The notes: generated from the sequence alone by a model not told the origin. Positions 25,001-33,193 are shown, counted from the stretch's first letter. The stretch: DNA of 64,000 nt from Candidatus Parcubacteria bacterium (GCA_002869265.1 PKTH01000003.1:8190-72189); one strand, 5' to 3'. Numbers and translations: made by a program.

Positions 25001-26389
25001 TTAAAATTCAGGTACTTCATCGTAACCCGATCTATCTAAATTTTTATAACTAGCTGTATCTTCATCAAAAAAGAGATGAACTGTTCCTGTCGGACCATTT
25101 CTGTGTTTTGAAACAAACAATTGACCGCTGTATCTTTCATCTTGAGGTAAGTCTTCTTTTTCATAGTTTCTGTCAGCTGCTTTTCTATAGAGAAACATAA
25201 CAATATCAGCATCCTGCTCAATTGAACCAGACTCTCTAAGGTGAGATAGCTTTGGTATGGCTGGTTTAGATTGTTCAACCATACGCGAAAGCTGAGAAAG
25301 GGCTACCACTGGTACATTGAGCTCTTTCGCTAGACCTTTTAGTCCTCTAGATATCTCTGAAACCTCTTGCACACGATTATCCTTATAAGTACCCTTACCT
25401 TGCATCAATTGAAGATAGTCAACGATAATTAGGTCTAGACCGTGCTCTGTTTGCAGTCTTCTAGACTTGGTACGTATTTCCGTAATAGAACAATCAGCTG
25501 AATCGTCAATGAATATTTTGGCATCAGAAAGTATTCCCATACCCTCGGCTATTTTGGCAAAATCATTGTCTTCTTCTTTATCAGAAAGATTTCCAGTTCT
25601 CATTTTCCAAAGATTTACTCCAGCCTGCGCACAAAGCATTCTATCCACTAGTTGTTCTTTACTCATCTCCAGTGAAAATAAACCAACAGATGCTTTACCT
25701 TTAATGGCTGCATTTCGAGCCATATCGAGCGCAAGAGAAGTTTTACCCACACTCGGTCTAGCGGCAAGTATAACAAGATCTGACTTTTGCATTCCAGAAG
25801 TCAGGCTATCGAGGTCATCAAAGCCAGTCGGGATACCCTTTAGTTTACCACTCTGTTTATGAAGATCATCAATTCTATCAAAAGCACTATTAAGCATGTT
25901 AGTAATTGGCTCAAAAGAATTTTTGAGGAACTTTTGGGAAACTCCAAATACCTTGTTTTCAGCCATGTCAAGCAAGTCATCAATGTCCGTATCTTCTTGG
26001 AAGCCGAGTTCACCAATCTCACCAGCAACATGAAGCAGTCTTCTGAGGGTAGCTTTTTTCTGAATAATCTGAGCATAGTGAACAACATTAGATGCTGTAG
26101 CTACAGTATTTGATAACTTCGTTAAGTAAGATTTACCACCGATTTTTTCAATTTCACCCTTGTCTTCTAATTTATTTGAAACACTAACAATATCGATTGG
26201 CTCTTGTTTAGAAAAAAGCTCCATCATCGCTCTATAGATAAACTTGTTTGCATCTCTATAAAAATCATTTTCATTCATAAAATCGGCAATTTTTATCATT
26301 GCGTCTTTATCAATTAAAAGACAACCGAGAACCGATTCTTCAGCCTCGATGTTTTGTGGTGGTATCTTGTCTATGATTTTATCTGCCAT
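25001..26389 (-). CDS. dnaB: Replicative DNA helicase DnaB
   Basis: PPQNIEAEESVLG; Walker A ARPSVGKTS; DYLQLM; SQLSR. Confidence 0.95.
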   Translation of the reverse strand: MADKIIDKIPPQNIEAEESVLGCLLIDKDAMIKIADFMNENDFYRDANKFIYRAMMELFSKQEPIDIVSVSNKLEDKGEIEKIGGKSYLTKLSNTVATASNVVHYAQIIQKKATLRRLLHVAGEIGELGFQEDTDIDDLLDMAENKVFGVSQKFLKNSFEPITNMLNSAFDRIDDLHKQSGKLKGIPTGFDDLDSLTSGMQKSDLVILAARPSVGKTSLALDMARNAAIKGKASVGLFSLEMSKEQLVDRMLCAQAGVNLWKMRTGNLSDKEEDNDFAKIAEGMGILSDAKIFIDDSADCSITEIRTKSRRLQTEHGLDLIIVDYLQLMQGKGTYKDNRVQEVSEISRGLKGLAKELNVPVVALSQLSRMVEQSKPAIPKLSHLRESGSIEQDADIVMFLYRKAADRNYEKEDLPQDERYSGQLFVSKHRNGPTGTVHLFFDEDTASYKNLDRSGYDEVPEF

Positions 26390-26595
26390 ATTTACTTTAT
26401 AATATTATACCAATATAGATTTATTGACAAGTGAATTTTATCTTAATAATATGTGCAAAATACAGCTAATAATAAAGGAAAATCAATATTTGACTAGAGA
26501 GCTCTTTTAGGGCTTGCCAAAGACATAAATTTTTGCTATTATTCACATAAATTGAATTAATCTGCAATTGCAGTTTATTTTTTTTGTTAAATTTT

Positions 26596-26668
26596 GCGCT
26601 GTTAGCTCAGTAGGTAGAGCAGCTGCCTTTTAAGCAGACGGTCACAGGTTCGAATCCTGTACGGCGCA
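26596..26668 (+). tRNA. tRNA-Lys (anticodon UUU); CCA not encoded
   Basis: Cloverleaf folded by hand. Acceptor GCGCTGT/ACGGCGC, D-arm GCTC/GAGC, anticodon loop CTTTTAA, T-arm ACAGG-TTCGAAT-CCTGT, discriminator A. Confidence 0.9.
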
Positions 26669-26740
26669 CAGCAAAAAGTCCACTTTCTGTGGTCTTTTTT
26701 TGTTTGAGTGATTTATAGCTAAAGCACTTTTAACAATGCA

Positions 26741-26765
26741 CCCTGGGAATTCCAGGGGGTTTTTA
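26741..26765 (+). terminator. Terminator-like hairpin ~75 nt downstream of the tRNA
   Basis: CCCTGG-GAATT-CCAGGG followed by GGTTTTTATTTT. Confidence 0.5.
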
Positions 26766-26864
26766 TTTTAGTCTAATTTTAAATTAATTCATTTTTAATA
26801 TAAAATATGTTATTATTTAAGTATAGAAGGAGGAATAGATAAATTTTAAATTAACAAGAATTAT

Positions 26865-28265
26865 ATGAAAAAGTTCCATGCTTATCTAATAATTTTCATT
26901 TTTGTTTTCCTTCCTTTCTCACCACTCGCAGCAAGCGGAGGACAAATTGATTTTAGGTCAACCCAAATGGGGACTAGTGTCCGCAATACTAGCGGTTGGG
27001 TTTATGATATAGTAGGGGAGCGGAGTAATTTTAGCACGGGTGATGACTTCCATGTATTAACAAGGGTCTACAATATTAGAAGCGTTGACCATTTTCAAAT
27101 AAAACAAGTAATCACATCTTCAAATACAAATGAAACACTTTATTCTCCAGTTTATCGCCCTTACGGAGCATATTGGGCAGAAACATACTCTTGGGTAAAC
27201 TTTGGTAAACTAAATTCTGGATCATATACCCTAAGAACCTACTTAAGTACGGACAATAGTTATTATAAAGAAGTTTCAAGTAAAAGCTTTTCAGTTGGAT
27301 CCACTTATAACAATAATTATAATTACGACCATGATTACAATTATAATTATGACTACAACTATAATTACAACAACAACTATTCACCAAACTATAGCTACCA
27401 ATGGATCAGAACTGGTTTAGGGGTAAACACATCAAATGACTCAAAAAATGTAACTGACCCAAGAACTAGTTTTAGAACCACTGACAATATTCGTACTCTC
27501 ATCAAACTAACAAAGATCAGAGATGTTCAGAGTTTTAGGGTGAAACAAGAAGTTTACAACTCAAGTAATAATAGAGTTCGAAGTAGCGAATCAAACACAT
27601 ATTACCCCAATAATAGATATTGGGAATATTCATTTATTGACAACAATCTAGGAAAACTATCGGAAGGTGACTACACTATAAGGACTTTTGTTAAAGTAAA
27701 TAATGGTTCATATAGACAGGTCAGCACAACCAATATCGATGTTTATAACTATAGGTACAATCAATACTATTCTCCTCGATATGACTATAGCTGGACCCAT
27801 TCTGATAACTACCTAAGACATGATGGTGGTTATGTTTATTCTCTAGACAATCCGAAAACAAGCTTTAGAACAAACGAAGATGTTGTTGTTCTTACTAAGC
27901 TTTCAAATATTAGAGATGTAAATACTCTTCAGATCAAGCACGAATTATTTAAAAACGGAAGCACTAGATACAAAACTCTAACAAGCCCAATTAGAAACCC
28001 AAATGGAGATGACTGGCAGTATAATTACAACTATTCAAACTTTGGAAGAGTGCCAGCGGGAAACCACAAAATAAAAGTCTATCTAAAGATAAACAACGCC
28101 ACCTGGAAACTTCTAGACACCATTTCCATAACAGTCAGAGACTATAATAATTATTCAAACAATTACTATAATGACCCTTATTACCACTATGATTGGACCA
28201 AAACAGGAACAGAGATTAGCGCTACAATGAATGCATACTATAACTACGCCTATTATAACTACTAA
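26865..28265 (+). CDS. Secreted protein with three ~115-aa repeated domains joined by Asn/Tyr-rich linkers
   Basis: Signal peptide. Repeats share SF(R/S)T.D....L.K...IR.V...(I/V)K.E..., G.Y.(I/L)R.(F/Y). Linkers such as YNNNYNYDHDYNYNYDYNYNYNNNY. Confidence 0.6.
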   Translation: MKKFHAYLIIFIFVFLPFSPLAASGGQIDFRSTQMGTSVRNTSGWVYDIVGERSNFSTGDDFHVLTRVYNIRSVDHFQIKQVITSSNTNETLYSPVYRPYGAYWAETYSWVNFGKLNSGSYTLRTYLSTDNSYYKEVSSKSFSVGSTYNNNYNYDHDYNYNYDYNYNYNNNYSPNYSYQWIRTGLGVNTSNDSKNVTDPRTSFRTTDNIRTLIKLTKIRDVQSFRVKQEVYNSSNNRVRSSESNTYYPNNRYWEYSFIDNNLGKLSEGDYTIRTFVKVNNGSYRQVSTTNIDVYNYRYNQYYSPRYDYSWTHSDNYLRHDGGYVYSLDNPKTSFRTNEDVVVLTKLSNIRDVNTLQIKHELFKNGSTRYKTLTSPIRNPNGDDWQYNYNYSNFGRVPAGNHKIKVYLKINNATWKLLDTISITVRDYNNYSNNYYNDPYYHYDWTKTGTEISATMNAYYNYAYYNY

Positions 28266-28277
28266 TTCTTCCAATAA

Positions 28278-28307
28278 GAAAAGCCCGTCATTTTGGCGGG
28301 CTTTTTT
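28278..28307. terminator. Bidirectional terminator
   Basis: AGCCCGTC-ATTTT-GGCGGGCT flanked by A-run and T-run. Confidence 0.8.
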
Positions 28308-28309
28308 GT

Positions 28310-28756
28310 TTAGGGAAAATAATCATTAATTAGTGCTTTTTTAATATTATCCATCTCTCTGTCAGGTTCTATATGATTTCTTGTTTTTCCAGGACTACTA
28401 ATCATAATTATCCTTGCAGTTCGATATTCATCGCCATCAGGGAAGGGGGTTTTATATCCAACTTCAATTTTAACAAAAGATCTGTTGTTCTCTTGATAAG
28501 CATCATTTAGGTCATAACCAGACTCTGCAAGGAATCTTTGGAGCCTCTGGCACTCCATTATCGATTCGATATTATTGCCAGTTTCAAAGAAACTACATTC
28601 TAGTCTAACTATTGAGTCCTTACCAAAATACTCAGTTCCAAAAGTGTGGGTTTTGGTTTGAGGAACTTGACTATACCAAGAGTCAAAAGCAAAAACATTG
28701 CTTGTAGCATAAGTTACTAAAACAACGAACAGGCCAACACCTAAAATGTTTTTCAT
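28310..28756 (-). CDS. Hypothetical secreted protein
   Basis: AAGGAG SD; signal peptide MKNILGVGLFVVLVTYATSNVFA. Confidence 0.5.
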   Translation of the reverse strand: MKNILGVGLFVVLVTYATSNVFAFDSWYSQVPQTKTHTFGTEYFGKDSIVRLECSFFETGNNIESIMECQRLQRFLAESGYDLNDAYQENNRSFVKIEVGYKTPFPDGDEYRTARIIMISSPGKTRNHIEPDREMDNIKKALINDYFP

Positions 28757-28848
28757 GACTATCTCCTTTAATTATCGGTTGATAAAATGAACAAAGAAAG
28801 ATTCTTTTTAGCATATATATTTAATTCTGTCAAATACCTTCCTGTCTA

Positions 28849-28877
28849 TTGACTTTCGTTTTTTGTTCGTATATAAT
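28849..28877 (+). promoter_or_regulatory. Candidate lexA promoter
   Basis: TTGACT, 17-nt spacer, TATAAT. CTGTCA and CTGTCT half-site-like hexamers lie just upstream at 28827 and 28842. Confidence 0.5.
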
Positions 28878-28904
28878 ATTAGTATAAATATTTACTCTAA
28901 TTAT

Positions 28905-29513
28905 ATGGGGGACAACTTAACAAAAAGACAGCGCCAAATTCTTGATTTTATCAATGAATTTAGCGAAAAAAATGGCTATTCACCAAGTTATCGTGAAATT
29001 GGTGAACATTTCAATCTTTCAAGTACAGCCACTATTCATGCTCATGTTTCTGCTCTTGAGAAAAAAGGCTTAGTCAAACGTTCTCACAACGAAGCTCGCT
29101 CTATTGAGCTCGTGAACACGACTATAGACTGGCCCCAGGCCGTAGAATTGCCCCTAGCAGGGCTTATCACCGCCGGAGAACCAATTGAGGCCGTAGAGAC
29201 TCACGATACTATAGCAGTCCCTGCAGACCTTGTAACGGACAATGTAAATTCATATGTCTTAAAGGTTCAGGGTGAGTCTATGATAGATGAAGGTATCCTG
29301 AGCGGGGACTATGTAATAATCGAGAGAAACCCATCCCCAAAAAACGGAGACATAGTTGTAGCTCTCCTGGATAATGCCTTCGCTACTCTTAAAAAGTTTT
29401 TTCGCGAAAAAGACTTTATTCGTCTCCAACCAGCCAACTCTAGCATGGAACCAATTTTTGTAAAAGACTTGGCTATTCAGGGAGTAGTTAAAGGCGTCAT
29501 TAGGAAGTTTTAA
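28905..29513 (+). CDS. lexA: LexA repressor (S24 peptidase)
   Basis: N-terminal winged HTH LTKRQRQILDFI..GYSPSYREI; cleavage region; GESMIDEGILSGDYVIIE; Lys in ATLKKF. Start set at MGDNLTKRQ. Confidence 0.88.
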   Translation: MGDNLTKRQRQILDFINEFSEKNGYSPSYREIGEHFNLSSTATIHAHVSALEKKGLVKRSHNEARSIELVNTTIDWPQAVELPLAGLITAGEPIEAVETHDTIAVPADLVTDNVNSYVLKVQGESMIDEGILSGDYVIIERNPSPKNGDIVVALLDNAFATLKKFFREKDFIRLQPANSSMEPIFVKDLAIQGVVKGVIRKF

Positions 29514-29606
29514 TCTTTATTTACAAAATAGATGAGCTATGTTAACTTTCTATATTATTGATCATTTATAAACGGCACTTTTAAAAACAATAAATAGGAG
29601 ATTGTA

Positions 29607-29750
29607 GTGTTTAAAGATATCCATCCAAGCTATTTAGCAATTGCGTTGGTCCTTGTTCTTATACTTTTTCATGATTTTGTGATTCCTTTTGCAAAATATC
29701 TGATTGAGCTGAGAAGGTCAATTTTAAAAAAAGAAAACAACAAAAACTAA
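29607..29750 (+). CDS. Candidate 47-aa single-TM peptide (not in the ORF track)
   Basis: GTG start 6 nt after TAGGAG. Translation VFKDIHPSYLAIALVLVLILFHDFVIPFAKYLIELRRSILKKENNKN, translated by hand. Confidence 0.35.
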   Translation: MFKDIHPSYLAIALVLVLILFHDFVIPFAKYLIELRRSILKKENNKN

Positions 29751-29905
29751 TCTCAAAACATGGAGGAATCAATGAATATTACCAACAATGCCTCATTTCC
29801 AATCCAATAATCGCTTTTTGTAGTTCTTCCGATGTCGGGCATGGTGATGATCACAGAATCGAACCTGGTTAGACAGAAAATGTCATTGGTCCATATATTG
29901 GAGAA

Positions 29906-30115
29906 ATGGATGGCGGATCATGCTACATCGTAGTAGAGGGAGAAATAACTTGTCACGAATCAGATGATGATGATTACGCATTTCAGGTGCTGAAAAGCAG
30001 ATCCCTTTCTCTCGGATGCAATGGCCCCAAGAGCATCTCAGTTCGTCATTTCGAAGATGATGCAGAAGAGCATGTTCTCGAATGGAGACGGAGAACAAAA
30101 ACAACCCAACACTAA
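29906..30115 (+). CDS. Hypothetical acidic 69-aa protein
   Basis: GGAGA SD; strong terminator starts 12 nt after the stop. An antisense ORF (29883..30125) competes with it. Confidence 0.35.
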   Translation: MDGGSCYIVVEGEITCHESDDDDYAFQVLKSRSLSLGCNGPKSISVRHFEDDAEEHVLEWRRRTKTTQH

Positions 30116-30126
30116 AAAACACCATA

Positions 30127-30152
30127 ACCGCAAGTTAACTTGCGGTTTTTTT
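30127..30152 (+). terminator. Rho-independent terminator
   Basis: CCGCAAG-TTAA-CTTGCGG followed by T7. Confidence 0.85.
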
Positions 30153-30153
30153 A

Positions 30154-30183
30154 TAAAAAAATCCCTAGAGCTTTACTCTAGGG
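30154..30183 (-). terminator. Rho-independent terminator for the minus-strand coiled-coil gene
   Basis: CCCTAGAG-CTTTA-CTCTAGGG with an A7 run on the plus strand (T7 on minus). Confidence 0.85.
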
Positions 30184-30207
30184 AGTGGGCCGGAATGAAT
30201 TCATTCC

Positions 30208-30693
30208 TTATTTTTTTTCGTTGTTTTTGGCAATACCACCAACCTTTTTAATGCATTTTTCCAAGTCCGTTTTTAGACGTTTTTCAGGGATGGAAGCAAT
30301 AATCTGCAAAATCATATAGAACGAATCTTGCAGAGAATCAATTTGATTCATACGTTCACTTGTGCCTTGTGCTTGAGCCTGCAGATTCTTCACCATTTCA
30401 TGATGTTTTTCATGAAACTTTTGATCCCGTTTATTCAGGCGATCAATTTCCAGTTCATTAGCACTCAGAACTCTCTTAAATTGTTCAATTTTTTCTTCGA
30501 GTTCCTTGACTTCTGTTTCTCCCTCCTTCATCTTTCTAAAGAGAGCAAAAGCCAAACCGCGCAGGATTGCAACTTCATGCTTTATGCCCTCCATAGTACT
30601 ATCCTTAAGCATGACTTGAAGTTCGTCAGGTAAATCGTCCGTATTACCAACACCACGGCGCGCACCAAGCATTTCGCGAAGCAGTTCTTCCAT
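30208..30693 (-). CDS. Hypothetical coiled-coil protein
   Basis: GAGGAGG SD 6 nt before MEELLREML. Heptad-rich E/K/L middle segment. Own promoter, operator-like palindrome and terminator. Confidence 0.5.
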   Translation of the reverse strand: MEELLREMLGARRGVGNTDDLPDELQVMLKDSTMEGIKHEVAILRGLAFALFRKMKEGETEVKELEEKIEQFKRVLSANELEIDRLNKRDQKFHEKHHEMVKNLQAQAQGTSERMNQIDSLQDSFYMILQIIASIPEKRLKTDLEKCIKKVGGIAKNNEKK

Positions 30694-30719
30694 TATAACC
30701 TCCTCGTTTGAGATAATTA

Positions 30720-30737
30720 CTGTCATTAATTTGACAG
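30720..30737. promoter_or_regulatory. Operator-like inverted repeat CTGTCA-TTAATT-TGACAG at the predicted transcription start of the coiled-coil gene
   Basis: Perfect 6-bp arms read directly. Lies 7 nt downstream of the minus-strand -10 element. Confidence 0.5.
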
Positions 30738-30744
30738 ATATTTT

Positions 30745-30772
30745 ATCATAACATAAAAAATATTTTTGTCAA
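30745..30772 (-). promoter_or_regulatory. Promoter of the coiled-coil gene
   Basis: Minus strand reads TTGACA, 16-nt spacer, TGTTATGAT (extended -10). Confidence 0.55.
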
Positions 30773-30846
30773 TAATAAAAAAGCATTATTTAGTTAAAAT
30801 TAATATCTCATTAATCTAAATTAAATATAATTAAAACATGCACTAT

Positions 30847-30875
30847 TTGTAAATTTTCTTTAAAGTTGGTATAAT
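30847..30875 (+). promoter_or_regulatory. Promoter of the response-regulator/ABC operon; leaderless mRNA predicted
   Basis: TTGTAA, 17-nt spacer, TGGTATAAT. Only 6 nt separate the -10 element from the ATG, with no SD. Confidence 0.5.
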
Positions 30876-30881
30876 TCAAGT

Positions 30882-31283
30882 ATGAAAAAAAGATTTTTTA
30901 TCGTTGAAGACGATGTTAATATTCTTTATGCTGTCCAAGCCCAGTTAAGAGTAAAAGGATTTGATGCGTTTGTAGATAACGGAGCCCATGGGATTGAAAC
31001 CCTTATCGACAGCATGGAAACGGAGCAGCCAGATTTTATCATACTAGATTTGATACTTCCTCATATCGATGGTTTTGAATTGCTTTCATCTATTAAAGCA
31101 AATAATATGATTTCTTCTATCCCAGTTTTTGTTTTCACAAATCTCAGCGATGAAGACACCAAAACAATAGTGGAAAAAATGGGTGTCGATTATCACTTTA
31201 TAAAATCAGAAATGAATGTTGAAGAATTTGTTAGAAAGGTTGTTAAAATAATTCATAATAAATCAAAACTACAAATGCTATGA
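30882..31283 (+). CDS. Stand-alone response regulator receiver domain (CheY-like)
   Basis: EDD, phospho-acceptor in IILDLILP, T in VFTNL, K in FIKSE. No output domain. Confidence 0.88.
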   Translation: MKKRFFIVEDDVNILYAVQAQLRVKGFDAFVDNGAHGIETLIDSMETEQPDFIILDLILPHIDGFELLSSIKANNMISSIPVFVFTNLSDEDTKTIVEKMGVDYHFIKSEMNVEEFVRKVVKIIHNKSKLQML

Positions 31284-33193
31284 AAAAAATATCTGTAAAA
31301 AAAGCATTGATCATCCTTTCTGTTTTGGCAGTGATAGCTATTATTATTATTTCTGCTATGGCAAGAGGCAGCAAAGATTTAAATGAATATACTACAATAA
31401 CATTAGAAAGGGGAGACCTTATCCAGACAGTTTCTGAAACAGGAATAATAAAAACAAGCGACTCCTTTGATTTAAGTTTTGAGCAGGGTGGGAAAATATC
31501 AGTTATTCAAACCGAAGTCGGTCAAGAGGTGGAAAAAGATCAAGTAATCGCCGAGCTTGATCACAGTGCCCTTGATATTCGCTTAGCACAAACTAGGGCT
31601 AGCCTTGATATAGCAAACGCAAATCTAACTAAACTTCGCACAGGAGCCACTTCTCAAGAAATTGCAATTTATGAAGCTAGTTACAACCGTGCAAAATCAG
31701 CATATGATTCTAGTCTTACTGAACTAGAAACCTATCAAAAATCCTTAGACGAAAGTATCGCCCAGGCCACAAAAACATTATATGATCTGGAAAATACTGG
31801 AGCTGGTACACCTACAGTTTATGAACAAGCTCTAGATGCAGCTGAAACAAACCTTGAAAACACCGAAACAACCTATCAACAAGGAATTGATAATTCAATA
31901 ACTAGTTCTCTCAACATAGTTGAAACTCAAACGTCTGCAATTAACAATTCTCTTGATCAGATCAATTCTATTATCAATGAAGATGATTATGAGGATTATT
32001 TATCTGTAAAAAATAAAACATACTTAAGTAATGCTAGAAAATCTTACGATGAGGCCATAGTTCTTCTAGATCAAACAAACCTAAATACCCCAAAAGTTAA
32101 AGCAGCCCCCCATAGAGATAATGTAAAAAACTTACTTCAGGAAACATTAGACACCTTAAATAAAACTTATCTTTCTCTCAATAACTCTTTTTCCGCTCTT
32201 GAGAATTCAGTCACTGGTTCTGCTTTTTCAAAAACAACTCTTGATGGATTAAAAACAATTATAAATACTCAGATTGGAATAATCAGCGCAAGCATCACAA
32301 GCACTCAATCAGCTATCCAGTCTCTCGATAGCGCCATCCTAACATATGACACCCGTGTTGATACTGCTAATGATACATATACACAAGCTAAAACAAATCT
32401 AGACAATGCTATAACAACTGCCAAGAACAATCTAACAAACGTAAAAAACAATGGAGACCAACAATTAGCTAGCCTCGAGGGAAGAGTGGAATCAGCAAAC
32501 CAGTCCTTGTTTGTAGCTCAGGCAGAGCTAAATAGAGTAAAATCTCCCGCCAGAGCTGAAGACATAAGTCTTTATCAAGCGCAATACAGACAAGCCGAGG
32601 CCGAACTCAACTCAGTTACAAATCAAATAGAAAAGACAAAGCTCAAGGCACCTATAGACGGAGTTGTTTCAAAAATCAACTTTGAAGTTGGTGAACAATA
32701 CAATGTTGGCAGAGTGGTTGCTACTGTAATCTCAGAAACTGAGTATAGAATAGATGTGGATATTTCAGAGTCTGATATACCAAAAGTAAAGATTGGAGAT
32801 GAGGTTTCAATAACTCTAGACGCCCTATCGGAAGACGTGAAATTCATCGGGTCAGTTAGCTTTATTGAGCCAGCTGAAACTGTTATCCAAGATGTTATTT
32901 ACTATAAAGTTGAAATAACTTTTGACTCGGCTAACGGGAACCTCAAACTAGTTAAACCAGGAATGACAGCGAACGTGGAAATAACCACCAATGAAAAAAT
33001 AAGTATTTTAGCAATCCCAGGTAGAGCAATTATAGATCGAAATGGCGATGGAAAATTTGTTAAAACTTATAACAATAACGTTATTGAAGAAAAAAAAGTT
33101 AAAATAGGAATAATCGGAGACGGTGGAATGGTTGAGATAATATCTGGTCTGGAAGAAGGAGATGAAGTTGTTACATTCACCAAAGAAAAATAA
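31280..33193 (+). CDS. HlyD/MacA-family periplasmic adaptor with a greatly expanded alpha-helical hairpin (637 aa)
   Basis: N-terminal TM helix. Barrel-sandwich motif VEKDQVIAELD..; about 340 aa of helical Q/N/T/L-rich sequence; C-terminal beta-barrel LKAPIDGVV..GMTANVEI. ATGA overlap with the response regulator. Confidence 0.8.
   Translation: MKKISVKKALIILSVLAVIAIIIISAMARGSKDLNEYTTITLERGDLIQTVSETGIIKTSDSFDLSFEQGGKISVIQTEVGQEVEKDQVIAELDHSALDIRLAQTRASLDIANANLTKLRTGATSQEIAIYEASYNRAKSAYDSSLTELETYQKSLDESIAQATKTLYDLENTGAGTPTVYEQALDAAETNLENTETTYQQGIDNSITSSLNIVETQTSAINNSLDQINSIINEDDYEDYLSVKNKTYLSNARKSYDEAIVLLDQTNLNTPKVKAAPHRDNVKNLLQETLDTLNKTYLSLNNSFSALENSVTGSAFSKTTLDGLKTIINTQIGIISASITSTQSAIQSLDSAILTYDTRVDTANDTYTQAKTNLDNAITTAKNNLTNVKNNGDQQLASLEGRVESANQSLFVAQAELNRVKSPARAEDISLYQAQYRQAEAELNSVTNQIEKTKLKAPIDGVVSKINFEVGEQYNVGRVVATVISETEYRIDVDISESDIPKVKIGDEVSITLDALSEDVKFIGSVSFIEPAETVIQDVIYYKVEITFDSANGNLKLVKPGMTANVEITTNEKISILAIPGRAIIDRNGDGKFVKTYNNNVIEEKKVKIGIIGDGGMVEIISGLEEGDEVVTFTKEK

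Noticed and set aside
26563-26590. CTGCAATTGCAG palindrome plus T-run just upstream of tRNA-Lys, as a terminator.
   Set aside because: The stem is only 4 bp with a 4-nt loop, too weak to call. It may simply be AT-rich spacer.
27290-27400. Diversity-generating retroelement target suspected because of the AAY/TAY-rich (Asn/Tyr) segments in the secreted repeat protein.
   Set aside because: No reverse transcriptase, no near-identical template/variable repeat pair, and no C-type-lectin-like C-terminus in the window. The N/Y tracts are linkers between domains.
28855-28871. Gram-positive-type LexA box (GAAC-N4-GTTC) in the lexA promoter spacer (TTCGTTTTTTGTTCG).
   Set aside because: Only one GTTCG half-site is present and there is no inverted partner, so this is not a dyad.
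29850-29875. GGTTCGATTC (minus strand), resembling a tRNA T-loop; possible tRNA, tmRNA or att remnant.
   Set aside because: The flanking bases do not form a T-stem (CCAGG versus CTGTG). No acceptor, D or anticodon arms could be folded, and there is no tmRNA-type 5' GGGG or 3' CCACCA.
29760-30115. RNase P or other large structured RNA in the GC-richer patch (GGAGGAATC and ACAGAATCG resemble the P4 strands).
   Set aside because: The two P4-like strings are only ~90 nt apart (about 290 nt expected) and do not match the GAGGAAAGUCC / ACAGAA..GGCUUA consensus well.
29883-30125. 80-aa minus-strand ORF overlapping the 69-aa plus-strand ORF.
   Set aside because: It would start inside the plus-strand terminator stem, and it has no SD. 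The plus-strand ORF has an SD and a terminator. Both remain low confidence.
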